Source: Phallusia mammillata (taxonomy: Eukaryota). Taken from it: 64,000 nt of DNA. The translations under genes were made by a program, and so were the position numbers. Below the pieces are notes generated by a model. The model was given only the letters and a program-made list of their open reading frames with translations. It made no database searches and had not been told where the DNA came from. Within the stretch, counting starts at the first letter, position 1, and each line of letters begins with the position of its first letter. Location of the stretch: contig OZ281499.1 of NCBI GenBank assembly GCA_965637545.1, positions 4,402,001-4,466,000 of the forward strand. The letters are read 5' to 3'. Positions 62,852-64,000 of the stretch are shown one piece after another.

Positions 62852-64000
62852 ATGAGTTTGTCGTTTGAAAACGTGCTTGATTTGATGAACATAACCCTTA
62901 AAGTTGGTGATCAAGATTCTGTAAGTCCAAAGAGATTTTCCGATTTTCAAGGAGCTTTTCGGGACGACCTCGAATCAAGAATTCTACACTATGCACAAAA
63001 AGGACAAACGTTTGCTTTTGATCATCTACAGTTTTACAAAATTGAGATTGGTGATTTAAAAGGCAAACAAGTTCTTCGAATGTTGATATCACTCACAAAC
63101 AACGAAGAGTTGATGAAACCTGGAAATTGTTTCGTGTTCCTTGTCAAAACCGAACCAGATACTTCACTGACTGTGCTTCATAAGTATTGTTTCCAAGCAC
63201 GAGGTGTTTCGGCTGAGTCTGGAGAAGAAAGAGGTTTGTTTGCAAGAGCATTTGATGACAAAACATGTTCCAAGCGTCAAAATAATCCCGAGTTTGTCAA
63301 CTACGATTCACAAACGCTTGAAAAATTTCGCTCCACATTATCTGAGCAATATGAAATATACATGAAAGAGAAAATTTTTAATTTGGAACCAAAATATCGT
63401 CGATTTTTTATTGGTGTTGTGTTCGAAATAGCCAAATGCCACGTGAGACATTGGAAAGTTTACAAACATTTAAAAAACTTTCCAACCTCTTCTCTAATCA
63501 AATTAGCACTTGATAATGAATGCAGTGGAAAGTTGCAGGCTGTTTTCAATGATCACAATTTGGATGAGGACATTGAAAATATTAAAAAACAGGCTGCCAA
63601 CAAAAGCTCAAGCCTAGATGAAGTTCACCAATACAAAGCAAATCTTCGTTTGAAGGGAGCTAAAACAATCATTGATCGGTGAGTAAACAGAATACCAACA
63701 GAAGTTTGTTTAAATATCTAGCTTCCATGTACTAAAAGGTAACGTCAATTAGAGTGTTTGTACATCCAGCACTACTGGCATTGTTTAAACAAAAGACTTT
63801 ATTACAAATGTATATGTGTTTACTTGTGATTATCAATTTGAAATAAGCCTTTTACTTTTCAAAAACAAACATTATACAAAAATCAATGAAATTTAGTTTG
63901 CGGTAAGTTCGCTCATGCAACAAACCGACGTAGACTTTAAAAGAAGCGAATATGCATAAACATGTTTAATTAAATTTCATTTTGTTTTGTCTCAGGATTT
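62852..64000 (+). CDS. Array family paralog 20; LMN N-type, module B; last exon cut by the window edge
   Basis: Exon 62852-63678, donor CG|GTGAGT, 317-nt intron, acceptor TCTCAG| at 63995. Confidence 0.88.

Noticed and set aside
299-64000. CRISPR array, shufflon, diversity-generating retroelement or RAG-type rearranging locus
   Set aside because: The repeats are whole spliced genes. I found no short repeat-spacer array, recombinase, reverse transcriptase or heptamer-nonamer signal pairs. The mosaicism is explained by germline homologous exchange.

Overview
AT-rich, intron-containing eukaryotic DNA, most likely from an invertebrate animal (the species cannot be determined from sequence alone). 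It is almost entirely a head-to-tail (+ strand) tandem array of one gene family I do not recognise. There are 20 near full-length copies (15 with an intact reading frame, one of which has its last exon cut by the window edge, and 5 with a single stop or small indel) plus several fragments. Each copy is a ~820-nt exon, a phase-2 GT-AG intron (62-619 nt) and an 85-nt last exon, giving a ~300-aa protein with no evident signal peptide or TM segment. The copies are mosaics: variable segments are reassorted between invariant anchor blocks, and four alternative C-terminal modules occur with different N-terminal types. Spacers carry recurring cis-modules resembling NF-kB, AP-1, CRE and IRF sites, which suggests (inference only) an inducible, rapidly diversifying defence-type family. 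Also present: multi-kb internal duplications; nine insertions of eight non-autonomous hAT elements, most with clear 8-bp TSDs; a ~200-bp intronic insertion with a 13-bp TSD carrying a minimal type I hammerhead ribozyme of the Penelope-like type (intact in one copy, core-mutated in its duplicate); a short SINE-like insert; and relic exons of a second, unrelated gene on the minus strand in three spacers.
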